In this document: positions 25,351-37,492 of the stretch, piece after piece
Position numbering within the stretch: position 1 is the first letter of the stretch
Layout of the letters: every line of letters starts with the position of its first letter
Assembly: GCA_032718475.1 (NCBI GenBank)
Contig: JAUCBJ010005123.1
Coordinates: 1 to 39,119, forward strand
Reading direction: 5' to 3'
Origin: Nemertoderma westbladi
Lineage: Eukaryota > Animalia > Xenacoelomorpha
Length of the DNA stretch: 39,119 nucleotides
Notes under the pieces: model-generated
What the model saw: only the letters and a program-made list of their open reading frames with translations
The model's database searches: none
Told to the model about the DNA's origin: nothing
Program-made: the position numbers and the translations under genes

Positions 25351-26139
25351 ATTATGCTAAATACGAAGCGCGATAACCAAACTGGTAAATAAGAAATAGT
25401 TCTTTCAATGACAATACAGAACCATCCGAACCTTTATTGATAGATTTAGTGGGTGTGGACACCTTTACTATTCCATACAATCCCTTCTAGTGCAGATTTT
25501 TTGAGGATTTCAAAACTTCAAACCGTTTGTTAATAGCTAATGTTGCTGTTAATATCCTGGTTGCTGATTTCATTTCCTACGTCAGTTTTCACTTTTAACC
25601 AAACCTACTATGTCTGTCTGTCGGTGCTTCTGTCTAGCATGCGATCTGTCTGTCAAAGTAATAGGAAATAGCTAAAAATTTTGTTATGGGTGTTTTAATG
25701 GTTGGTGATTTCATTTCCGATGTCAGTTTTCATGTATTACGTCATCCACATTGTCTGTTAAGCTGTCGGTCATATTTTGATGGACAGATCGACAGCAATT
25801 CAGACAGACATGGCGCAGTCAAATGAGAAAACTGACTTCAGAAATAAAATCAACGACCCGGAAAACCCTTGCAACAAAATTTTCAGCTGGGTGGTGTGGA
25901 TTCTAACATTTTAATTAATTAAATTACCATAATACTTTAAAAGCGTTTTCTGAAGAATGAAAATATTAAATTTATAAATGCAAAGGCTTTTCCAAAAATT
26001 AACAAATTTAAGTGAAATTTGGCATGAATGATGGATGATGCTAACACCCCTATAACCACGTTTTTCATTTTGTTTGTGGATGGTAGACCTAAATAAAAAA
26101 TAGGTACAACTTAATTAATAGACTAAAAAACAATGAGGT

Positions 26140-26400
26140 CTGATGGAAGGCATCGGTTAGAGCGACAGACTTGCAGCCTGGGGGTCACCAGTTCACCGGT
26201 CACCAGTTCGATCCCAACTGTGCCCAGTACGGGTTCCTTGTACTCTAACCAAAATGTTTGGTGTGTATGTGTAAACCATGTAGGTAGGTGGGTGGTTGTT
26301 GCCAGGTGGATATATAATTGTTGGCAATGAGGGCACCATGATTATACCAATTAGTAAATAATCAAACTCTGCTAAGAAATAAGCGATTGACAAAAATTAT
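26140..26400 (+). mobile_element. tRNA-derived SINE
   Basis: GGCATCGGTTAGAGCGACAGACTTGCAGCCTGGGGGTC(ACCAGTTCACCGGTC)ACCAGTTCGATCCC shows a D-arm/A-box remnant, an anticodon-like loop and the B-box GTTCGATCC. There is no acceptor stem, and a non-tRNA body follows. Confidence 0.65.
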
Positions 26401-26720
26401 AATTTAAGAAACGAAAGAAATTGAAAAAAAATTCCCATATCTTCAATCACTCCGTTTATTTCTTTAAATAAATAAATTAAAATTGCAGAAATATTTGATC
26501 ACTCATCCAATTTGTGTAGTTTGGTCACGTCGATTCAATAATAAATACATTAAATTAAATAAATATAAAAATTATTAAGAATATGGAATTAGTTTAAAGA
26601 GTAAAATTTGTTTTGTAGATTAATTAAATATCAGCTGGTCGGTCATCGATAAAATAAAAATTTTTATCGCCAAAACCTTTTATCGTTAAATTTTTAGAAA
26701 CTTTTTAATTTTATACTTTA

Positions 26721-26990
26721 CTAGCAGGCAATACCCGAGGCATGTTACCCGGTATTTCCCGCTACCGGCATAGGCCTACAACTGGCGTACTGGTACCGGT
26801 ATAGGCCTACTGACGTACCGGTACCCAGTACCGGTACCGAACGTGAATTAAACTTTTCGAAAAGTGGCCTATAACGACCGCTGGTTAAAGTTATACACAC
26901 ATGCCAAGTTCCAGCGCAATCCCTCCGCCCGTTTTGGAGGAGTTCGAACACAGTGAGAGAGAGAGAGAATTTGATTTTTATAGGTATAGA
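26721..26990 (-). mobile_element. Non-autonomous Helitron
   Basis: Minus strand A|TCTATACCTATAAAA ... (CT)n ... ACTCCTCCAAAACGG ... GC-rich subterminal hairpin CCGGGTAACATGCCTCGG ... CTAG|T: canonical TC and CTAG ends in an AT target. Confidence 0.8.
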
Positions 26991-27522
26991 TCAGCTAGCA
27001 GTTTATAATTATTTAGCTTTTGTTTCAGTTCCATTAAACATAGTTATTCACTACTATACTTAACGTACTCAATATATATTATAGTTCGTTAATTTGTTAA
27101 TAAAATAAATATTTTATAGCCCTCCTTATTTTAAAATGAGGACTAGAATTACTATCGATAAAATATTATACGAATACACAGGGATAGAATGGAATATATC
27201 AATATATCAAAATATTTTAATAATTTTTGTATTTTTCTACATTCGCGATTTGGTATATAAGTTAATATCTCTAATAATCTCAAAGAACGACAGTAGAAGA
27301 TTACATACCGGTATATGAATGAAAAATTACCGACCCCAGACCCAGATACCATAATATATAAAAAGGTACAAACTAATTAAATAATTGTATATGGGACTAC
27401 GTTTTATGAGTGCCATATTTGCTGAGCCGCATAATTAAAAATATTGCGTTGTGCTAATAATGATGTAACGGAAGGCTATATACATCTCATATTACCTCTC
27501 TATTTATCAAAGTAGTCTTTGA

Positions 27523-29085
27523 CCCCCACACGTCGCCACTGCCAACCGACCCCCCATCCCCACACTTCGCCACTGCCAACCGATCCCCCTCCCCCACACT
27601 TCGCCACTGCCAACCGATCCCCCCTCCTCCCCTTCACTTCGCCACTGCCAACCAATCCCCCCCTCCTCCCCTTCACTTCGCCACTGCCAACCGATCCCCC
27701 TCCCCTTCACTTCGCCACTGCCAAGTGCCAACCGATCCCCCATCCCCACACTTCGCCACTGCCAACCGATCCCCCCTCCTCCCCTTCACTTCGCCACTGC
27801 CAACCAATCCCCCCCTCCTCCCCTTCACTTCGCCACTGCCAACCGATCCCCCTCCCCTTCACTTCGCCACTGCCAAGTGCCAACCGATCCCCCCCTCCCC
27901 TTCACTTCGCCACTGCCAACCGATCCCCCCTCCTCCCCTTCACTTCGCCACTGCCAACCGATACCACCCCCCTTCACTTCGTCACTGCCAACCGATCCCC
28001 CCCCATTTCGCCACTGCCAACCGACCCCCCCCCCCCCCCACACTTCGCCACTGCCAACCGATTCCCCCCTCCTCCCCTTCACTTCGCCACTGCCAACCGA
28101 TCCCCCCCTCCTCCCCTTCACTTCGCCACTGCCAACCGATCCCCCCTCCTCCCCTTCACTTCGCCACTGCCAACCGATACCCCCCCCCCTTCACTTCGTC
28201 ACTGCCAACCGATCCCCCCACATTTCGCCACTGCCAACCGACCCCCCCCCCCACACTTCGCCACTGCCAACCGACCCCCCCACACTTCGCCACTGCCAAC
28301 CGATACCCCCCCCCCCCCCCACATTTCGCCACTGCCAACCGACCCCCCCCCCCACACTTCGCCACTGCCAACCGACCCCCCCCCACACTTCGTCACTGCC
28401 AACCGATCCCCCTCCCCCACACTTCGCCACTGCCAACCGATCCCCCCCCCCACACTTCGCCACTGCCAACCGATCCCCCTCCCCCACACTTCGCCACTGC
28501 CAACCAATCCCCTCCCCCACACTTCGCCACTGCCAACCGAACCCCCTCCCCTTCACTTCGCCACTGCCAACCGATCCCCCCCACACTTCGTCACTGCCAA
28601 CCGATCCCCCCACTTCACCACTGCCAACCGATCCCCCTCCCTTTCACTTCGCCTCTGCCAACCGATCCCCCTCCCCTTCACTTCGCAACTGCCAACCGAT
28701 CCCCCCACATTTGGCCACTGCCAACCGACCCCCCCCCCCACACTTCGCCACTGCCAACCGATCCCCCTCCCCCATACTTCGCCACTGCCAACCGATCCCC
28801 CTCCCCCACACTTCGCCACTGCCAACCGATCCCCCTCGCCCACACTTCGCCACTGCCAACCGATCCCCCTCCCCCACACTTCGCCACTGCAACCGATCCC
28901 CTCCCCCACACTTCGCCACTGCCAACCGACCCCCCCCCTCACTTCGCCACTACCAACCGATACCCCCCTCACTTCGCCTCTGCCTACCGATACCCCTTCC
29001 TCCCCTTCACTTGGCCAAGGCCAACCGATCCCCCCCTCCTCCCCTTCACTTCGCCAAGGCCAACCGATCCCCCCTCCTCCCCCCT
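27523..29085. repeat. C-rich variable-length minisatellite (~30-40-bp units, core CACTTCGCCACTGCCAACCGA), ~45 copies, overlapping the EBAG9 stop codon and 3' UTR
   Basis: Conserved ~21-bp core separated by variable poly-C/CT linkers; source of the Pro-rich ORFs 27519-29437. Confidence 0.97.
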
Positions 29086-29345
29086 CTATGTACATCAGCA
29101 ACCCTCGCGCTGTGCTGTACTGCTCTCCGCGCTCGTTCTTCCGCTCTGTGCTGTTTCAACGACTGTTCCGCAGCTTCCGAGTCCAGACCATCCCAACCCG
29201 GTTCCACCCCGGTCTCTAGGGGCGCCTCCGACCAGTCGTCTAGGTAATGGGAGGTCTGTACCGACGGCACATATCGAGTATCTACTGCTAAGCGGTCCCC
29301 AATGCGACTGGATGTGTCGTCATCTGTCGATTTCTTTACTAATAC
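29046..29345 (-). CDS. EBAG9: EBAG9/RCAS1 homolog, coding exon 2 (last)
   Basis: Acceptor ttttag|GTA, phase 0. Encodes VLVKKSTDDDTSSRIGDRLAV...LDDWSE...GWD...AEQSLKQHRAEERARRAVQH...DRLALAK*, matching the EBAG9 pattern IVIKK / SRLA / LDTW / AEEVLRQQK..REKRA. Confidence 0.85.
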   Translation of the reverse strand, partial: VLVKKSTDDDTSSRIGDRLAVDTRYVPSVQTSHYLDDWSEAPLETGVEPGWDGLDSEAAEQSLKQHRAEERARRAVQHSARVADVHRGGRRGDRLALAK

Positions 29346-30078
29346 CTAAAATAAATATAGTTTACGCGGGGAAAAATATAATCATGAATGGTTTGGTTGG
29401 ATTGGAGAATTTACATAAGTCAGAAATCACTCTGTAGTTGAGTCAATGGCTCAAAATGACCGCACACACCAAACTGCCAAATGTGTATTTAGTGCTGTAT
29501 GCCCTAGTGGGTTTGAAAAATTAATATAATTCGAATTTGATTGAAAACATTAGGCCTAAGGGAAAGGAGCAGGTTACAGTCGCGGTGTTTTCTAACCAAA
29601 TCAATAAACGATACTTTATTTCCCTTGCGGTCAATTTGCGCTGAGGATCACTATTTTAACTTGCGGTCAATGTTGCGCCACTATAGACAGAAAATATAGT
29701 CAGTGTCATAGACAGAAACTAATTCCGAAATCTGGATATTGAAAGGAGCGGTGCCACGTGCCAATAGTCTGATAGTACTAGTAGCGCATTTAATATTCAT
29801 TTATTATAGTCGTAGGCGTAGCGACGTAACGCCAAGCCAAGTAACGATCAAGTAATAAGAATAAGGAACACATTATTAACTGCCTTTTAAAAAAATAGCA
29901 AATAGATAGCCTAACCCGACGATATTATCTGAATATTATGTATTATAGGCCTAAATCAATCAGTCAATGACGTAAATCAAATTCTTAGTAAATTACTAAT
30001 TAAAAAAACAACCCTGTCTTCCTTATGCTCAGCCTCATATAGTCAATTCAACCAGCTACTCAGCTAGGCCAGACCCAC

Positions 30079-30441
30079 CTTAACTTGTTTGATTAACTTT
30101 GGCTCCATTCCCTGGAGTTGAAAGTAGTCCACATTGTCTACTGTATCGCTGGTTGAATTATTTCTAACCCTCGATACCCCACCGGAAACGGTACCAGCGG
30201 ACGCCGTCGGTAATGGACTACCGGTACCGGTACAGTTGGGCTCGATATTAACTTCCACCAGCTCCTCCCCCCAATCCTTCCATTCATCCACCGAAGAGTT
30301 TCCTTTGTTATTGTACGGAAGAGAAAATGAAGAGTTACTCGGCCTGTATTCACTGTTCGGTCGACGTTTTAGGAAACACAGGGCGCGTTTAAAGAGAGCT
30401 AACAGTCCAAATATACAATTGCACATTCTCCTTATGGTCAT
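30079..30441 (-). CDS. EBAG9: EBAG9/RCAS1 homolog, coding exon 1
   Basis: N-terminal membrane anchor CNCIFGLLALFKRALC, then VDEWKDW, VNIE and DYFQLQGMEPKLIKQVK (compare EEWTSW, VKIE, DYFKDMTPTIRKTQK). Donor AAG|gtgggt. The spliced product is 220 aa. Confidence 0.88.
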
Positions 30442-30729
30442 TGCTGCTGTGTACAGGTAGGCCTATACCGCACTGCTTTAATGTCTGGTTTACAGTTCAG
30501 CAGTTCGATGGTTGTAGTTAGTTAGAATAGGCCTTGAGCAGTTGAGAAGGCACGTATGTAAGTCCATTGATAGCTTAAAGCTCAGTAGCTGCGAATGCTA
30601 TACATTACAGCCTGACAGCATTACTGCATTACACTGTTACATCAGTACATGTAATATAATACAGTACCGGTAATACAATACAGTAATACTGTAATACAGT
30701 ACAGTACAGTACCTAAGTTTATAGTACTG

Positions 30730-30840
30730 TTGGCTTCCTGGAAAACACGCAACAGCTCTATAACCAATGGGCAGCATTGGCGCAACAGCGCAACAACCCA
30801 GGATTGGTTTATTCATTCCACTCTAATTCCATTGGCTTGT
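30730..30840. promoter_or_regulatory. Candidate EBAG9 promoter (CCAAT box cluster)
   Basis: CCAAT at ~30763 and ATTGG at ~30776, ~30803 and ~30831, plus an ETS-like CTTCCTG, about 300-400 bp upstream of the ATG. Motif evidence only. Confidence 0.4.
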
Positions 30841-31179
30841 ACATTCTGTTGCGTTCTATGGCATTCCATTTCTGTCAATTCTTCTGAAATTAAGTCGTAA
30901 TACTTTGTCTAATTCCTGGCCTTATGGGGCGACCCGTAAGACTGGCTGGGCTGGTAATCAAACTATTATGCCATAGAGTATTGAAGTAATAATTTAATAA
31001 ACTAATAATACAAAAGAATATATCACTTTAAAAAAAAAAATCATTTAGTACATCGGTAGGTCTTTCCGGAATTTAAGTAACTTTAAGATACGTAGAAAAG
31101 GAACAACTGTATATAAAAACATTTTTTTTCAATATTTGCGACATTAATTTATTGCTAGTTAGAATCTAGTTAGAATTAA

Positions 31180-31960
31180 GAAAGATATCAAAGTTTATCA
31201 TGTGACGTATCAGCGTAAATAGAGTTCCTCAACCTCAACTCTCCCACAGATACAGCGATCATCTTCAAGATCCCCGTAGATGAGTCTCATAACTGTATGT
31301 GCCAGATTACTGTAGCTTGACCTAACAGAAGTCCAAGAATGAACGTCTCTTGACTGCGACTGCAGTCCAAAGTGATTGGGTTATAGATGGTTTTAGTTCA
31401 ACATCGCCAAATTTATCGGTAATTCTGAGATATTTTGCCCATAAAAATTCGCTATAGTTATCCACCTCTGACTTTGTGTATTTCAATTGATGATCTTCCA
31501 GTTGATTTATATCAATTAGTCGTGCTGACCTCATATTTTATTTCCATGCTAGGAACTGCTTCACATCGTCTTTACATGGCCGTTATTATATATATTTATT
31601 ATATTACAGTATATTTGTATTTATTGTTTGCACGAATGTATTTATTCACTAGCTGGATGATCAGTACGAGAAAGGAGTTTCAAGAAATACTTCACACGGA
31701 CTATCTTACAACATATTTCAGGTGGTAAAATTGCGCCCGAAATTTTGGTTTCTGTCTGTCTGGGTTGAATAGTGTACCAACTGCCCCTTTCAACATTGCG
31801 GCCCATAAATCTTCCATAGTTTTTCACGATCGTTCTGAGGTCCAGACAGGTTAGCATGATCCACAGATGTTCCCATAACTAAATCATCCGTTTTCTCGGC
31901 ATTTATCTTTAGGCGTCATCGTTGACACCATTCAAATATTTCCATGACCTACTATGAGCA
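31180..31960 (-). pseudogene. Highly decayed coding-like segment, possibly an old LINE remnant
   Basis: The minus strand reads IFEWCQR*RLKINAEKT, like the LINE RT W...WRLKINxxKT motif, followed by short broken ORFs of unrecognised protein. Confidence 0.3.
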
Positions 31961-32225
31961 CCATGGACTATGTGAGAACTATGGACTACATGACCGCCTG
32001 GAGACTTTGTAGACCCAGACTGATACTCTCGTACTGTATTTATCATCGTGAGTTGGGCAAGGTTTGTAACGAGTGTTATCATTTGCATGCTTTAAATTTA
32101 TTCAACATTTTCTTTATAAAAAAAAAAGCATATATAATGCCATGCAGTAGATAGTACTGTTCCGTTAATGTTAAATGTTAATATGTTAATATATTATAAT
32201 ATCGGTAATGTTAATATATTTACTA

Positions 32226-34150
32226 CGAATAAAAGCTATCAGCTCCAAACAACACGGTTTTTTGCAGAAAAGGTCAACCTTCACACAACTACTTGAATCT
32301 TCATTTGACTGGGTTAGGATTCGCAATAGTGGACGACCAGTGGATATTATTTATACAGATTTCCAGAGGGCTTTTGACAAAGTATCTCATCAGAAACTCC
32401 TTATTAAACTTCACTCGTTTGGTATACAAGGCAGTTTGTTAGCTTGGATTTCGGCATTCCTGTGTAACCGCTACCAACGTACAGTAATAAATGGAGCTCT
32501 GTCAGATCTGGCTTTGGTCACCAGCGGAGTTCCGCAAGGAAGCGTTGTTGCTCCGCTCCTGTTTATCATTTTCATAAATGATATTACGGACAACATCCAC
32601 AAATGTGAAGCTCTATGCGGATGACACGAAATTATACAACTCTATATTCAAAGATCTTAACTCCATGCTTCTACAAGAAGATATCAACTCAATATGCGAA
32701 TGGGCAAAGGTTTGGCAGATGAGTTACAATGTCAAAAAGTGCTCAGTCGTCTCTCTACAGGCTAATAGTCAAACGGTGCGTTCCTACTACATGGGTGAAA
32801 CGTGTCTACAACATCTCAGCGAAGCGAAGGATTTAGGTGTTATAATATCATCCGACTTGAGATTCAGTGAGCATGTGGGGCTTGTGTCTGCCAAGGCACG
32901 TAGAACCTGTTGTCAGATTCGTCGAAACTTTCATCATCGCAGTGCATACCATCAATTTGAGCTATTTAGAGTTTATGCACGGTCAATCTTAGAATACAAT
33001 TGCGCAATCTGGTGCCCCTATCTTGATAAGGACATCAATATTATAGAACAGGTTCAACGAGATTTTACCCGTCGCCTGCCCGGCCTTCAAGGTTTGAGCT
33101 ACGCAGAGCGACTGAACCGGCTCAACACCCGTTCCCTTGAGGAACGGCGCATCGTTATCGATCTGGTGGAAATGTTTAAAATTATTCGTGGGTTCAGTCC
33201 TATATCTGATCTACAGATGTTTCAACTGCCAACCACCCGAACTCGATCAAACGGTTACAATGTAACCATTCCTCACTCGCGTAACTGTATCCATCAGAAC
33301 CACTTATCGGTCCGTCGCATTACCCTGTGGAACTTTCTTCCCTCAACAGTTGTTGGTGCCTCCACCACGTTGGGTTTTCGCACCCAAATCAATAACATTG
33401 ATTTATCTGCTCAATGCACTGGTTCCTGGAAAAACACCATGAATACCGTCCATATCTACTCCAACGTTAATTAATTATCTATCATTATTATTATTGATTA
33501 AATATTAAATGTGTTGGCTTAATTTAAAACTAATAAACTCAGCCGCCATACAAGATTGTGATGAATGATTTATTTTTACTGTAATAATATAATACACTTT
33601 GATCCATATTTTAATTAATGTTTCGATCTACAGTACTAAATATGAATAATGTATAGTGAACTATTAATTGTCTGATTTATGTACCGTACTGAATTTTACT
33701 CTACAATTTATTACATATTTTGATAAAAATTATTGCGTATTTTTATTGCATATTTAATTTTTTTAAAATTTTATTTACTTATTATGCCATATACTGTACC
33801 TACTCCAATGTTTCAATGAATTAATATCTATAAATTAATGTGCATTACGTAAATATGCACTTTTATTCTGTTCTGCATTTCATTTCATTTTATTTTGTTT
33901 ATTAATACAATAAGTTGTACTTATTTTACTCTGTGGTGCTTTATTGCATGGCTGAGTGCATAATTTTAACATACTGTATAAACCAATATTTACTTGATTA
34001 CCATACTAACTATCCAGGCTGCAAATGAAGTCCTGGCTAACTATCCTACCGGTATCTATGTAAATGGTAATCTTGTATGTTATGTTTGTTATGTTTCGTT
34101 ACTTTTATATTTGTCGATGTCATTATACTCAAATTCAAATTCAATTCATT
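32226..34150 (+). mobile_element. 5'-truncated CR1-type LINE (RT and C-terminal domain, one frameshift, AT-rich 3' UTR)
   Basis: QHGF..KRST.TQLL, DIIYTDFQRAFDKVSH, SGVPQGSV.APLLF.IFIND; frameshift at ~32600; LYADDTKLY, KDLGVII, W.PY...DI..IEQVQR.FTR, LEERR...DL, WNFLP. Ends in a (TCAAAT/TTCA)-like tandem tail at ~34129-34151. Confidence 0.93.
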
Positions 34151-35569
34151 CACCTCAGTACACCAGCTGACCAGTACAGCAGTAGCCTACTGCAGTACCG
34201 GTACCTGCAGCCTGACTACAGCTGTACAGTACAGGGTTGTGTAAGTGCAGAAGTGTAATTCCAAAAACACTGTCCAGCCTGCCAGCTGTCTGGTAGCTGC
34301 AATACTGCAATAGTGATAGTCGAATAGTCCAACAGGCATAGTCAACTCGTTAGATAGGTAGTGGAAGCTGGAACGGGAACGTGGAAGGTGAGTTTGATTT
34401 TAAGTAGTCCTACCGGTGCCGGAATCACACAAAATCAGTCGGTGATATACAGATATAGGCCTACTGGTCTGTTGATATACTGATATAGGCCATTTTGGAC
34501 TTGATCCAATTTTGGAACCAATTGCTAAGTCAAAATTGGACTTCCATTCCAATATCAGAATATCGGAATTAATTTGGATATGAATTACAGTGAATTTTCC
34601 ACGGCCTACAATTTTTTCAGACGTTATCTGAAATTTAGGCCTAACCTACATGTTCTTTATTACAGTATTACAAAATAAGAGTTTTAACCGTGCACGAGAT
34701 AATTCCACGGTGCACCACAAAGCTGCAAAGACAACCGACATTCTGACATTTAAAGTTTTGCGCATCCAACAGTCCAATTTTGGACTTTCAGACTTTAAGT
34801 CAAATTTTGTCTTTCCATCAGCACCATACTACAGTCTGATAGTACTACTGTAGTGTACTACACTGCAGCACCTGAGCACTGTGCGTACTGCACTGCAATA
34901 CAGCAATACGCAATAGCAATCGACATTCTGACATTGCTGCGTTTTTACAGTTTTAGGCTGCTGAGTGCTGGTAGGCCTACCGTGTACCAGTGTAGGCCTA
35001 CCGCGAGCCCTGCTACCGCTTACCGGTCAGCCGGTAGTGCTAATTTTGCACATGCTGACATGCCTGCTGTGGGCTGCCTGCTCTGCATCTGCATGCATCC
35101 TCTATACCAGTCCAGCAGTATACACATACAGCTACAATCAAATATGTTCAAATCTGAAGGAGTTGTACTACAGTACCGTACTAAATAAGTAAATAGGCTA
35201 AGTCGGACTTTCGAAATGAACTTGAACTTGCAATGTGCAATGCGCTACACTCAGACACTGCTACAGCACTGCTTGCCGATTACTCTCTATTTTCAATAAT
35301 GGCGTAATAACAATCGTCAGATCGTTGCCTTCTGGTTGCGCCATGGTGTTCTGGTAAGGTGAGGATAGTTTGGCAACTGTGGACCACGCACAATCAATGT
35401 GGCTGAAGGGTTCCACAACGGACTACACAGTCGCATTTCTCATTGCCAACCGAGTTGATTGAGTCGAGAACTGATTGAGTTTTTTCAATGGAAGCACTGT
35501 TACAGTGTGAAAGGTCACCTTCGAGGTCACCGTAGTCCTCTTTCCTATGCCTCCGTGCCAGCTGAGGGG

Positions 35570-36676
35570 TGCTGGTCACCTCGCCGCACTGCCTGACTGC
35601 AACTTCGCCGCAGGTCACCTCGCCGCAGATAATGTGCGGCGAGGTGTCTCACTTTGAATGCCATTTTGCCGCAAATTATCGGACACCACGCCGCAAGTCA
35701 TATTAATCATTTATTTCTATATTTACAGGGAAGCCTAGTTATGGCATTACAAGAAGAAATAAAATAATACGGTAAGGTTTGTTTTTCTATTATAATTACT
35801 GTATTATTATAGATACAGTAAGCAAGAGTATTTGAGTAACGTATTAGATTATAGTAAAACAGTCCTAATCGTATGTTTGTCAAAATTGTTGGTCTGTTGT
35901 TGAAAACAAGTGTGACGTTATGAACATTAAAACACTGACAACAAATATAAGTATATCAATATCATTCCACTAAGAACATTACATTTGTAATTAAGTAATT
36001 AAGAACTGTGATCGGTTAACATAAACATACAGTATGAGTATATTAACCTTTGTTGCCTTACTTCCGTTTCCGTACTTAGGCCTAGTTACTGCATTAATAA
36101 AACTACGTGTACGCATTGTACATGTACGTAAATAGTTATTAGATAGATAATTTTCGCATTGAAATGTTTTATTCCAAATTTGAACTTTGTAATATACTGT
36201 AGGCATACATTACAATTTTAAATATAAATTTTTTATATGAAACCTTTCATGACGTCACACTTGTTTTTAAACAACTGATCAACATTTTTGACAAACATAC
36301 GATTAGGATTGTTTTACTATAACATATAATCTAAATACGTTACTCAAATACTCTTACTGTATCTATAATAATACAGTAATTATAAATAGAACAACAAACC
36401 TTACCGTATTATTTTATTTCTTCTTATAATAATGTCCAATGCCATAACTAGGCTTAGTAGGCTTCCCTGTAAATATAGAAATAAATGATTAATATTGACT
36501 TGCGGCGAGGTGTCCGATTATTTGCGGCGAAATGGCATTTGCAGTGAGAGACCTCGCCGCAAGACACCTCGCCTCACATTATCTGCGGCGAGGTGACCTG
36601 CGGCGAAGTGGCATTGCGGCGAGGTGACCTGCGGCGAAGTGGCATTGCGGCGAGGTGACCAGCGGCGAGGCGACCC
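35570..36676. mobile_element. ~1.1-kb foldback element (Mutator/Foldback-like MITE) with subterminal CTCGCCGCA repeats
   Basis: Arms pair over ~400 bp (e.g. ATTAATCATTTATTTCTATATTTACAGGGAAGCCTA versus TAGGCTTCCCTGTAAATATAGAAATAAATGATTAAT). Termini are built of GGTCACCTCGCCGCA / TGCGGCGAGGTGACC units. Confidence 0.88.
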
Positions 36677-37248
36677 TGTCGGGTGACGACAAATTAAATA
36701 TGGAGAGCATTATCATAATATTCTATTATATATGTATTTTGGCACTAAGGGTTCTACCGCCAATCTGGAAGTAGCAATCCACTGGCAACGTCCCATTCTT
36801 GTTTATTTTCCTATCTTATTCATTATTACAATGTCCATATTATATTACTGTATCTGTGTATTACAGTATTAGCCTAGTTCCCTGTCTGCCCGCCTTGAAT
36901 TGTTTTCAGTTTTGTTTGACTGTTTGTATAGATAGGCTACCTGAATAATGTCTGAAAGGGAAACGGAATGGTATATGGCCTACTGGTGTAGACATAACAG
37001 TCTAATACTGTAATAGACATGTTCGAAAGATCCATCATATTATTAATAATATTATAATACCAAAGGTTTAAAAATAAACATAAAAACTCATTTAAAACAA
37101 TGAAAAACATAAATAAAACTAGCCAAATGTTTTAAACGGATCTATTTTTTTATTGATTATATTTGGTAATTTTATTTCAAGTATTTATTGATTATATTTG
37201 GTGATTTTATTTCTAGTATTTATTACTTTACAGGAAATATAAATTGTG

Positions 37249-37492
37249 ATGGTAGTCCGTGTGTTTATTCCTTTCTACAAGACTGTACGCGAATCCGAGG
37301 GAGCTACGGGTTACACGTTATACCGAATCGACGTTTATGTAAACGGACTCAAACACAGTGTAGAGAAACGATACAGCCAGTTCTTTGCGCTCAATAAGGC
37401 ACTGAAGCGCCAACTCGATACGCCTCAACTTCCGCCAAAGAAAATCCGAAATCTCGACAGTAGAGTGTTGGAAGCTCGCCGGTTAGGTCTAG
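37249..37492 (+). CDS. SNX24: Sorting nexin 24/22-like PX-domain protein, first coding exon
   Basis: MVVRVFIPFY...GYTLYRIDVYVNGLKHSVEKRYSQFFALNKALK...PQLPPKKIRN...VLEARRLGL matches SNX24 (GYTVFKIEV..NGRKHFVEKRYSEF). Upstream acceptor tttacag at 37233; donor G|gtgagt at 37493, phase 1. Confidence 0.87.

Noticed and set aside
26140-26215. Functional tRNA gene
   Set aside because: Internal duplication before the T-arm and no acceptor stem; interpreted as a SINE head.
27519-29437. Proline-rich extensin-like ORFs, or a CRISPR-like repeat-spacer array
   Set aside because: The linkers are low-complexity poly-C variants rather than unique spacers, and the ORFs are antisense to EBAG9 and open in all three frames.
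30134-30460. 108-aa plus-strand ORF
   Set aside because: Antisense shadow of EBAG9 exon 1.
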